DNA of 64,000 nt, taken from the IMG/VR virus record IMGVR_UViG_3300028654_000001, positions 248,001 to 312,000 of that record; one strand, written 5' to 3'. How positions within the stretch are numbered: the stretch's first letter is position 1; each line of letters begins with the position of its first letter. The position numbers were made by a program, and so were the translations under genes. The notes under the pieces were generated by a model. That model saw only the letters and a program-made list of their open reading frames with translations, was not told the origin of the DNA and did not search any database. Of this stretch, positions 1-8,164 are shown in pieces.

Positions 1-236
1 CTCGGATCTTCCTTGTTCCGATTCTCACTCGGACCCCACAACTGGTCATCAGTGAAATCAAACACATCTTTCAGGATACGCTTAAGGGGATCAGCAAAAG
101 CAATCGGAACATAGTTGTGGGCTTGAACTAGCTGTCTAGCAGCTTCGTCCTTACCCGCACCGGCGCTACCTCTCTTACGGGAGAGCCCATTGAACCAACC
201 AGCCTCAGTGGTGAGACCCGAGATAGCTATCAACAT
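1..236 (-). CDS. deoxynucleoside monophosphate kinase, T4 gp1-like (partial, runs off the left edge)
   Basis: Not in the ORF track; my translation from ATG 236 is MLIAISG(LTTEAGWFNGLSRKRGS)AGAGKDEAARQLVQAHNYVPIAFADPLKRILKDVFDFTDDQLWGPSENRNK, with the P-loop GAGKD and the AFADPLK motif of phage dNMP kinases. Confidence 0.75.
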   Translation of the reverse strand, partial: MLIAISGLTTEAGWFNGLSRKRGSAGAGKDEAARQLVQAHNYVPIAFADPLKRILKDVFDFTDDQLWGPSENRNKEDP

Positions 237-245
237 GTACTCGGA

Positions 246-1493
246 CTACACCGAGTAAGGGACGAGGCCTTCGTCTGAGTTCAATATAGACCAAAGGATC
301 ATTCCTAGTGTAGACCAATCTACACTAGTCTTATCTATAGACGAGGAATCATTGACCAAGTCCCTAAGCTTGATTACCTCAACGTAGGTTTTCTCTGTGT
401 CAACCTCTATACCGAAAGTCTCTCCGGATTGAGCTATTCCCATAAGGTGGTCTCGCTCAGCCTTAGTGATCCTCCCGTAGAACAACGTGCTTGTGTGAGC
501 TGATAGAGTACCTGCCAGCTGCAAGGTACCCAGCTCCTTGAGTCGAGCTGGGTCTATGGTGAAAGAGGTTTCCTCGTGGAGCTCTTCGAGGGCCACTTTC
601 TTGGTCTCCCCTTTATCTTCCTTGGCGCTCCCACCTGGTAGCTCAATAATATACCCTGTATTAGTCCTAGCCGGGCTTCTAAACTCTTTTACCAAGAGAA
701 CCTCAGTATCCCACAGATGCTTGAGACCCTCTTCCTCAGGACGGTAGAGAAGCGCTACAGATGAGACGTCTGAACGTCCGAACACGAACTCATTTTTCTT
801 GGCCCTTTGTTCGGCTGCAATCCAAACATTGACATGAAGGCACCAGCAAAAGACTTTGTCCATCTGCTGTCCCACCCGGAATGTCCAAAGGACTCGAGCA
901 CTGTCCAGGCGGTTGCCAGCGGCCGTCTGGGACTTATACCACCTCTGGAAGGTGGTGTCCTTCCAGACGAGCAAGGGTACCTGAGCTTCGCCGCCGACTC
1001 GTAGGGAACCCTCTCCCAGGCTCTTGACGGCATCCTCGAGGGTGGTGTCCAGTGTCGAGTAGTTGGCCACCTTCAACTTGGTAGCCATGTGCTGAATGTA
1101 TTGAACCTTCTGAGCATCAGGTGGGGTACCAAGAATCACCTTCCCTGTGTCTGCCCAGACTCCGAATTCGACATTGGTTGTAAGACCTGGGAGAGTATTC
1201 AGATCTCGAGGAATCCAGAAAACAATCACATCAGCCATATTCAGTGCGGAGGTTTCCCACTCAACCTGGTCGACGTAATCTCCGAACACTTTTCCATCAC
1301 GAGGTTCCGGAACAAATACGTGACCATCGAACCCAAGCTTCTCAAGTAGTTCGAGGGCTTCGGGTCTCCAACTCTTGGTTTCCTTATCCCTAGGTGTAGG
1401 CCCCGCCAAAAACAGACTCTTCACAACCTCTGTGGGAAGATCCTCTTTAGCATAGACCACCTTCATGCCCGACTTCCATGTCTCTGGATTCAT
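246..1493 (-). CDS. nucleoside 2-deoxyribosyltransferase-like domain fused to a Nudix hydrolase
   Basis: N-terminus has FLAGPTPR...SWRPEALELL...QVEWE...ADVIVFWIPRDL..LPGLTTNVEFG (NDT-like); C-terminus has the Nudix box ELPGGSAKEDKGETKKVALEELHEETS. Confidence 0.8.
   Translation of the reverse strand: MNPETWKSGMKVVYAKEDLPTEVVKSLFLAGPTPRDKETKSWRPEALELLEKLGFDGHVFVPEPRDGKVFGDYVDQVEWETSALNMADVIVFWIPRDLNTLPGLTTNVEFGVWADTGKVILGTPPDAQKVQYIQHMATKLKVANYSTLDTTLEDAVKSLGEGSLRVGGEAQVPLLVWKDTTFQRWYKSQTAAGNRLDSARVLWTFRVGQQMDKVFCWCLHVNVWIAAEQRAKKNEFVFGRSDVSSVALLYRPEEEGLKHLWDTEVLLVKEFRSPARTNTGYIIELPGGSAKEDKGETKKVALEELHEETSFTIDPARLKELGTLQLAGTLSAHTSTLFYGRITKAERDHLMGIAQSGETFGIEVDTEKTYVEVIKLRDLVNDSSSIDKTSVDWSTLGMILWSILNSDEGLVPYSV
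247..253 (-). promoter_or_regulatory. YGGTGTA motif upstream of dNMP kinase
   Basis: TACACCG on the + strand, 10 nt from ATG 236. Confidence 0.55.
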
Positions 1494-1503
1494 GGTCCAG
1501 AAT

Positions 1504-1510
1504 TACACCG
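1504..1510 (-). promoter_or_regulatory. YGGTGTA motif upstream of the NDT-Nudix gene
   Basis: TACACCG on +, 10 nt from ATG 1493. Confidence 0.55.
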
Positions 1511-1557
1511 GAAGTTGGGTACCTAGTTTACTAAACCCCTTATCGGAGTGTTCAAGC

Positions 1558-2865
1558 ATGGCATCGGACCTCCACCTAATCCAACGGGTAGCATCAAAGT
1601 GGTCGAGTAAGGATTTTGAGTCAAGGTATGCCCGCCTTCTGCTTTCGATGTCAAGGGATCAAGCCAAAAAGGTCCTTGGTTTCCCTCCAAATGCTAACCC
1701 ATCAGAAAGTGAAATTACCAAGAACTATAGGGAGTTGGCTCTTAGGAACCACCCTGATCGTGGTGGTGATCTTGACACAATGGTGGAGATCAATGTTGCC
1801 AAGGATGTGCTGACCGGAAAGGCTCAGGAACGTTGGCAACCAGAGCCGAGCCCAGAGCGTACTAAATACAAGCCACCCCCACGTCCAGAGGCAGCCTACA
1901 CAGTGAAAGGGGTTCCATTTGCCGCCGCTTGGTCTGGAGCAGGGGTCCCAAGTGGCACTGATTGGAAGTTCGTCAGTGAGCAAGTTAGCTTGTACAGTAA
2001 GGGTTTCCCAACCCAACCTGGTTGTGTACTGTATGGGCAGACAGCAACACTCCATGTTTTCTGTGCAATCTTCAAGCAAGAGTCAACTGATAAGGTATGG
2101 CCCCCTACGGATTCTGATGGGAAGGTCTTTGAGGTTGAAGAAGGGTGGCGAGCTCAAGTTCTGACGGCCCCTATTGCTAAAGATCTAGATAAGATCGCCA
2201 TTAAGTACATCAAACAGATAGTCTCAAACTTCCCAGGTCCGGGCCCCAAAGATGGGAGTGTCCCAAAGAAGTATCTCCTCTATCCTCAAAGTATGGGAAG
2301 TCCAACGGAAGCCTATATCGGGAAGATCCCCTATCGTGGGAAGTTTGCCTTGAAAGAGGTTCTGAGACTTGCTGGTCTTGTTAAAGTTGATGAGGAGAAA
2401 GCTAAAGACACACCGGCTATTATTGAATTCTGGGGTGTCCAAAATAAGCAAAAACTACGAGATAACCCGAGAGGTTACTTGGGTAGTAGCGGTGACTTCT
2501 TCCTATCCATTGATGGCAAAGAGGTTAAACTAGAAGAGGGGACCTGCGAGAAGATCGTCAAGAGTATGTTCTTGGTCTCAGCTCTTCGAAACTTCGAGTA
2601 TCGAAAAGTCTACCGGTTGAATCGCCTGAAGGAGGGTTCTCTCTTCAAAGGCGGAGCTTACTACGCCTTCTTGACTCTTTTCGAGAGCCTCACTGGGGAA
2701 CCTTCTTGGGTAAAGGATGCCTTGGAAAAGAACGTAAGGATCTTCAAGCCTGAAGATCGAACAGCTTCAGTCTTCTTGAACCTCTGCTCTGAGATGTCTT
2801 TGAAGCAAGCTTCAGTTGTTACTGGGATCCCTATGCGTGAGCTAGTAGAGATGGTCTACGACTAA
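1558..2865 (+). CDS. DnaJ (J-domain) containing protein
   Basis: AKKVLGF...ITKNYRELALRNHPDRGGDLDTMVEINVAKDVL contains the HPD motif. I prefer start ATG 1558 (MASDLHLIQRVASKW) to 1465, which overlaps the divergent gene. Confidence 0.75.
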   Translation: MASDLHLIQRVASKWSSKDFESRYARLLLSMSRDQAKKVLGFPPNANPSESEITKNYRELALRNHPDRGGDLDTMVEINVAKDVLTGKAQERWQPEPSPERTKYKPPPRPEAAYTVKGVPFAAAWSGAGVPSGTDWKFVSEQVSLYSKGFPTQPGCVLYGQTATLHVFCAIFKQESTDKVWPPTDSDGKVFEVEEGWRAQVLTAPIAKDLDKIAIKYIKQIVSNFPGPGPKDGSVPKKYLLYPQSMGSPTEAYIGKIPYRGKFALKEVLRLAGLVKVDEEKAKDTPAIIEFWGVQNKQKLRDNPRGYLGSSGDFFLSIDGKEVKLEEGTCEKIVKSMFLVSALRNFEYRKVYRLNRLKEGSLFKGGAYYAFLTLFESLTGEPSWVKDALEKNVRIFKPEDRTASVFLNLCSEMSLKQASVVTGIPMRELVEMVYD

Positions 2866-4538
2866 TCATCCAAGTCAACAGCTACCGGAGCCCCTAAGGC
2901 TGACTTCTCTACCTCAATCAAATCAGGGGGAACTTTCCCTGAAGCTGCAACCATATCAAGCAGCTTCTTGATCATCGGTAAGTCCTGTTGGTAGCTCGCT
3001 GAGTGATTCGGGCTCGGAAGCCTCAGAACCATGTACAGAGATTCTGACAGAGTCAGCTCGAGAGGGTCCTTCTTCAGGATCAGATACGACGCAGGCCCTA
3101 TCCCGTAGATGTCCGGGCCGTATTCCACGACGTTGAGATACATCTCGATGATCTTGTCCTTGGTGAACGAGCTCTCTAGGGCGACCGTTAGGATGGCTTC
3201 TTGGATCTTCCTTCCAATGGTTCGGTTCCTGTTCAGCCACAAGTTCTTCGCCAACTGCATCGTGATGGTGGAGCCGCCGCGGAAGAACCTTCCGAGCTTC
3301 AAGTTGTCCTTCAAGCTGTTCTCGATGGCCTGAGGGATGAAACCCCTGTGGTAGAAGAACGCAGGGTCCTCTGTGGTCGTGAGGGCTGTGGTCATGTTCG
3401 GACTGATCATCTGATAGGGAGTCCAGTCCGGTGCCGATGGTCCAGCTTTACGCGTGAATGGCTTTCCATTTGGATGGTACGCGGTATAGGTGAACTCACC
3501 TGAGAGATCCTTGATGAACTTCGGGGGCGGACCGGTTAGCTTGCAGCCGTTTGAGATCTTGAGTTTCACATCCGGAAGAAGCCTCAAGTCGAACTTGAAG
3601 TCTCCGACTAACCTCACCTGTTTGAGTGGATCGATCAGCATCTCTTCTGGGATAGACTCGAGCCAGTGCTGGCAAGAGTCCACGCCCCAGACATGCTTGC
3701 CTTCCCAGTTGAAGTAGATTGTCGACCACTTACTCTTCACCCAAAGGTTAGGCATCCCAACCAGAGGATTCTTGGGGTCGATAGCTGTGACCTCTACATA
3801 CCTGAAGGTGACTGGCACCGGGTAGAATCTCTTGTGCTCCACCTGGATGGACTTCGCCTTCGGGTAGATCAGGCCATCGGTAAACTCAAGGGCTAGCCCT
3901 TCAATGGTAACCGGTGGGTAGTAGATATTCCCGAGCTCGAGATGCTTGGTTTGAGTATTGAAGGAACCCTCGGTGAACTTGACCTTGTCCAGCTTGAGGA
4001 AGTCACTGATCTTTTGGAAGGCGTCTGGTAGACCAACCCAACCACTGGCAACAGTGGCTACCTTCGACTTGAAGTCGTAGTGCACCCCCTCTACCATAAC
4101 CAGACCGTACTTGGTCTCAATCTTCCCCGTGGCGGCCCGTGCCTCATTCGAATCAAAGGAGGCCTTGTAGAGTTTAGCGGAGTCCAGTCCCCTGTAGAGC
4201 TTCACGGTCAGGTTCTTACCGGTAACCTTGAAACCGGAACCGTTCTTCTGATCCTTTGAGTCAGAGGTTATGTCGACAAGAGCCAGCCCTCCATCAACCG
4301 CAATCGTCTTGGATTTTCTACAGGCAATTGCAGAATCGAAGGTACCCTCGATGTTGTGGATCTTTACGTTAACCCTCTCAAGCCTAACACAATCGAGGTT
4401 GAGTAACTTGACTGACCCAACCTCGACGCCTGGTTTCAACCCGTTGATGTAATGCTTCAGAATTGAAGGAAGAAGCCAGCCAAGTAACAGCAGGGTTACT
4501 GGTATTGAACCGATAATTAGCCATTTCTTACGTAGCAC
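2862..4538 (-). CDS. membrane-anchored peptidoglycan transglycosylase (GT51 family, MtgA/PBP-TG-like)
   Basis: N-terminal TM helix; GT51 motifs EDPAFFYHRG, GGSTITMQLAKNL, RKIQEAILTVALE, KDKIIEMYLN; no transpeptidase domain. Confidence 0.85.
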   Translation of the reverse strand: MLRKKWLIIGSIPVTLLLLGWLLPSILKHYINGLKPGVEVGSVKLLNLDCVRLERVNVKIHNIEGTFDSAIACRKSKTIAVDGGLALVDITSDSKDQKNGSGFKVTGKNLTVKLYRGLDSAKLYKASFDSNEARAATGKIETKYGLVMVEGVHYDFKSKVATVASGWVGLPDAFQKISDFLKLDKVKFTEGSFNTQTKHLELGNIYYPPVTIEGLALEFTDGLIYPKAKSIQVEHKRFYPVPVTFRYVEVTAIDPKNPLVGMPNLWVKSKWSTIYFNWEGKHVWGVDSCQHWLESIPEEMLIDPLKQVRLVGDFKFDLRLLPDVKLKISNGCKLTGPPPKFIKDLSGEFTYTAYHPNGKPFTRKAGPSAPDWTPYQMISPNMTTALTTTEDPAFFYHRGFIPQAIENSLKDNLKLGRFFRGGSTITMQLAKNLWLNRNRTIGRKIQEAILTVALESSFTKDKIIEMYLNVVEYGPDIYGIGPASYLILKKDPLELTLSESLYMVLRLPSPNHSASYQQDLPMIKKLLDMVAASGKVPPDLIEVEKSALGAPVAVDLDD

Positions 4539-4548
4539 CTTGGCACCC

Positions 4549-4555
4549 TACACCA
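4549..4555 (-). promoter_or_regulatory. YGGTGTA motif upstream of the GT51 gene
   Basis: TACACCA on +, 10 nt from GTG 4538. Confidence 0.5.
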
Positions 4556-4566
4556 ACTGGTGGGCT

Positions 4567-5076
4567 TCAGCAAGAAACATATGTACAAAGGTACAGCTTA
4601 ATATCCCGACTTGTATGATCAAGAGCGCAGATGACCTCGAATAGGATTCTCTTGATCTCGTCTAATCGATCTAAATCAACTGAAAATAGGTCATTACCTC
4701 GGTACTCACTGCATTCGTACTCCAACAACCGGTAACCAAGAACGTAGTTTGAGTTACGATCCCAGTCATCTCCGTTCAAAGTTGGGTCCACAATATGGAA
4801 CTGAAGCTTATTAGTAGACCCATCGCTAGTGTTCCACTCGTCAAACAGCTCGTCTGGGGTCTTCTTACCAAACTGTTTTTTGGAGAATTCCATGAAGGCT
4901 GGTTTGAAACTGCGAACCATTTGAGGCTCAAGCTTAGCCCCACACTTGGAGCAGAAAGGACCTCCTTGAGGCGGGTGACCCTTTGGGCACACCACAGCTC
5001 CTGGAAGGGTAATCACCAAGTCATTGGGGCTTAGGGTGGCCCCAATGACCAATCGTGGATAGTAACTTGCTCCCAT
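4567..5076 (-). CDS. hypothetical protein with a small Zn-ribbon (CPKGH...CSKCG)
   Basis: 169-aa ORF packed between neighbouring genes on the same strand. Confidence 0.6.
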   Translation of the reverse strand: MGASYYPRLVIGATLSPNDLVITLPGAVVCPKGHPPQGGPFCSKCGAKLEPQMVRSFKPAFMEFSKKQFGKKTPDELFDEWNTSDGSTNKLQFHIVDPTLNGDDWDRNSNYVLGYRLLEYECSEYRGNDLFSVDLDRLDEIKRILFEVICALDHTSRDIKLYLCTYVSC

Positions 5077-5083
5077 GAAAACC

Positions 5084-7501
5084 TCAGATCTTGATCTCGA
5101 CTTCTCTCATGTCGACTTTGCAGAGGAGATCAGCGCCTCCGAGCTCGAGAGTCATAAAATTCTCATCCAAAGATTTGAACTCTATTGGCCATATTTGCCC
5201 AACTATGATGGCAAATTTGATCTGGGCTATCTCTCGGATCTTCTTGCGGGTGACCGCAACAGCATCCTTGGCCTTCTTGTCGATCCACGCAGTAAAGGCA
5301 GCAAGCTTCTCCTCATCGGAGGGTGGCTTCCCATCCTGTGCATTTGAGACCACAGCCATTGTGTATTCCTTGGAGGCCAGCCACTGCTCGACCTCGGTCA
5401 ACGCAGGTACCAAGAGAGCCCCGCTCGTGGTTTGCTTCTTGGTAGTACCGATCTTCTTCCGAACCTCATTCACGGAAGGGAGCTTGGATAGACCGGCAAT
5501 ACTGACCTCGAGCTTCTTGGCTACATAGAAGTCAATTGCAGCCGCTGAGACTGTGTGAGGGGGTGAAAAGCCAGAATAATCGGTGAACCCTTGCTCCTTC
5601 AACCAATTAGCTATCTCGTCTCCATACGTGGCTACGAACCCTGGTGACTTCTTGGGTGGTATCTTTTCGTCCCTGATGTCTTTATAGACCTTCTGGGCTG
5701 CCCTGGACTTCTCGAGCTCCCACTGAGCCAGGAACAGGGCCTTAGCACTGGCGGCCTTGATCATCCTTCGATTGATTACAGGGAGAGCTCGGAGGTTGAT
5801 GACCCCGATCACGAAACCACCAGCCATCGAAAGCTTGGTTGGCTTGGCTTCAGCAGGGAGCAACTCAGAGAGCTTCTTGGCGGTTGCCTCTGTAACCCTC
5901 ACTGGAAGAGACTCCACGTTGACTAAACCATCCTTAACAATGGCGTAGTTACGGAAGATAAAGGTTTGGAATGACGTCGGAACCTTCCCCTTGAACTCAT
6001 CCTTGAGACGAGCTGAAATGTCGACGGTGCCGGTTTTCCTAACCCCAATCGAGATATTCGGAAAGTCCTCGTTGTAAACCAAGGAAGAGATTGGATAGCC
6101 TTCAGGGGCTGGATCAGCCACGAACTTTAGAGGTGCTGGCTTGGAATTAAGAAGAGTTGTCAGCTCCTCATTCAGCTTCTTGATCTCAGAGGCCTTCTTC
6201 TCTGTACCCAACTTGACCTTGATCTCATCAACTCTAGCTTGCTCGGCAGCAGTGAGGATCTCGTCTGCATCAATTCGACTACGGCCGATCTTTGAGTACT
6301 TGAACTCAGGGTGCTCCAACAGGATATGAGCTGACTCATCACTGGCGAGTAACCCAAGAAGATCGAGAACCGTATAAGCATCGTCATCAGGTACCTTCTT
6401 TGGATCCCAGCCCTTCGTGTAGCGGAGCTTGACATCAAAAGCCGCCGCCTTGGTAGAGTCCATGAAGTCGCTGTATTTTTGCTTTCCAAAACATGACGAA
6501 AACCGATCGACGAAGTCAACATCGGCTAGAGCCTTCAGGAACGGGAAGACTACGTCAGACTTCATGCGAACCGAGTAGAGGGACACGGCCGCATATGCAG
6601 CTGCTAGGGCAACATTATCTGCTTCACAAGTTGGCAATTGTGAGTTGCTTGTATAAGCTGCGGATACCTGACCAAGATCAAGTTTGTAAGTAGTTCCTTC
6701 CTTGTGAGGGCTAACCCTCCAGAACTCGGTTACGTCAGTAGGAAGGTTAGCTTTACCGTCCTCAACGGCGTAGGTTGTCAGTTCCCCATCGATCAGAGTG
6801 TAGACGAAGTTCCCGATGGATCCCCCAGACACCTTGACTTCTATCTTGGGTGCTCCAGAGAGCTTCTTACTCAATGAGGCCTCGAGAGCTGGTTCGTACT
6901 TGGCAAAGTGCTCAGCGAAGATCAGTTGACCTCCGGCCTTTTCTGCCATGGCCGTCAAGAGAGGCCTATCAGCGTAGTAACCATACTCCACGAAGGTTGC
7001 CGCCGATAACCCACCAGCTGCCTCTTCAACGGTACTAAGGATCTCCCCTCTTGGCCAGCAATTATCACACCCATCCGACATGAAGAACAAAGAGAAGATT
7101 GACCCTGACCTCTTGGTACTCACACGCTTGATGAGTGCTGAGACCTCCTGGAGGGGCTCCTTGAACCCGGTTAGCCCAATTGGCTGCAACCACCTGTCGA
7201 TGGCCTTGTTGACGTCCTGCAGGTCAGTGAGGGTCGCTACAGGCTCGGCCTCGAGCAGAGTACCGAACTGCCCTCTACCTGAAAACCAGATGATAGATAC
7301 CGTGTCATTAATCCCAATGAGTTTCGGGAGCTTCCTCTTTAATTGCTCGCGAATCTTCGGAAGTTCGCCATACATGCTGCCTGAAACGTCAATAACCAAT
7401 AGGTGATTGGTTGGTACCTCGACAGGCTTCGCCTTCTCTTTTGTCTTCTTCAACTCTTGGTGAACAAGAAACAGCCCGTCAGCAACCTGGTATGACAGCA
7501 T
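5084..7501 (-). CDS. von Willebrand factor A (VWA) domain protein
   Basis: MIDAS motif LVIDVSGSM, then T...LFFMSDG; about 550 aa of unassigned C-terminal sequence. Confidence 0.8.
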   Translation of the reverse strand: MLSYQVADGLFLVHQELKKTKEKAKPVEVPTNHLLVIDVSGSMYGELPKIREQLKRKLPKLIGINDTVSIIWFSGRGQFGTLLEAEPVATLTDLQDVNKAIDRWLQPIGLTGFKEPLQEVSALIKRVSTKRSGSIFSLFFMSDGCDNCWPRGEILSTVEEAAGGLSAATFVEYGYYADRPLLTAMAEKAGGQLIFAEHFAKYEPALEASLSKKLSGAPKIEVKVSGGSIGNFVYTLIDGELTTYAVEDGKANLPTDVTEFWRVSPHKEGTTYKLDLGQVSAAYTSNSQLPTCEADNVALAAAYAAVSLYSVRMKSDVVFPFLKALADVDFVDRFSSCFGKQKYSDFMDSTKAAAFDVKLRYTKGWDPKKVPDDDAYTVLDLLGLLASDESAHILLEHPEFKYSKIGRSRIDADEILTAAEQARVDEIKVKLGTEKKASEIKKLNEELTTLLNSKPAPLKFVADPAPEGYPISSLVYNEDFPNISIGVRKTGTVDISARLKDEFKGKVPTSFQTFIFRNYAIVKDGLVNVESLPVRVTEATAKKLSELLPAEAKPTKLSMAGGFVIGVINLRALPVINRRMIKAASAKALFLAQWELEKSRAAQKVYKDIRDEKIPPKKSPGFVATYGDEIANWLKEQGFTDYSGFSPPHTVSAAAIDFYVAKKLEVSIAGLSKLPSVNEVRKKIGTTKKQTTSGALLVPALTEVEQWLASKEYTMAVVSNAQDGKPPSDEEKLAAFTAWIDKKAKDAVAVTRKKIREIAQIKFAIIVGQIWPIEFKSLDENFMTLELGGADLLCKVDMREVEIKI

Positions 7502-7533
7502 AGGTGAGGAATCCTTCCGTGGGAATCCCTTAA

Positions 7534-7540
7534 TACACCG
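7534..7540 (-). promoter_or_regulatory. YGGTGTA motif upstream of the VWA gene
   Basis: TACACCG on +, 32 nt from ATG 7501. Confidence 0.45.
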
Positions 7541-7576
7541 ATGGTCACCAGAATCAATGACTTTCTTGTGAACAGA

Positions 7577-8143
7577 TTACAGATCAGATATACTGATCCC
7601 AGTCATTTTTTGAAGCTTCTCAACGACATCAGTCTTTATCTGGCTGATTCTTGGTTCGGATACGTTCAGTTGAGCGGCCAATTCCTTTTGGGTCATACCT
7701 TCGAAGTAGTACTTCAGAATAATCGTCTCTTCGCGCTTGGTAAGCTTCGCCATTTTTGCTATAACTTTTAGGAGAAGCTGTCTAGAAGATACTTGATCCT
7801 CACCCAAGGTTAGATCAACCACGTCATTGTCTAGAACATCCCTAAACTCAGGTTGATTATCGGGTCCTGCCCTGCGCACATACCCGCTCTCTTTGCGGAT
7901 CTCATCAATGATCTGCCCGCGGATCCTCACTCGAGCATAGTAGACGAACTCATCTTCAGAACCCTCGTATCGGTTACAGGCATCCCATAGACCGATCTTA
8001 CCCCAGTGGATCAGTTCCTCAATTTGAAATGGAAATCCAGAACCTCTTAGACTCCATGCAACTTGCTTAGCTAAATAGCTATACTTGTTGAACCTCTTGT
8101 TGAAACCCCTACTGATAGGAGCCTTTTCCTTGTGATTGAACAA
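7577..8143 (-). CDS. sigma-70 family RNA polymerase sigma factor, FliA/WhiG (sigma28)-like
   Basis: Region 2 EELIHWGKIGLWDACNRY...FVYYARVRIRGQIIDEIRK; region 4 HTH LTKREETIILKYYFEGMTQKELAAQLNVSEPRISQI. Confidence 0.85.
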   Translation of the reverse strand: MFNHKEKAPISRGFNKRFNKYSYLAKQVAWSLRGSGFPFQIEELIHWGKIGLWDACNRYEGSEDEFVYYARVRIRGQIIDEIRKESGYVRRAGPDNQPEFRDVLDNDVVDLTLGEDQVSSRQLLLKVIAKMAKLTKREETIILKYYFEGMTQKELAAQLNVSEPRISQIKTDVVEKLQKMTGISISDL

Positions 8144-8164
8144 TTAAGATCCCTATCCTAGAAA

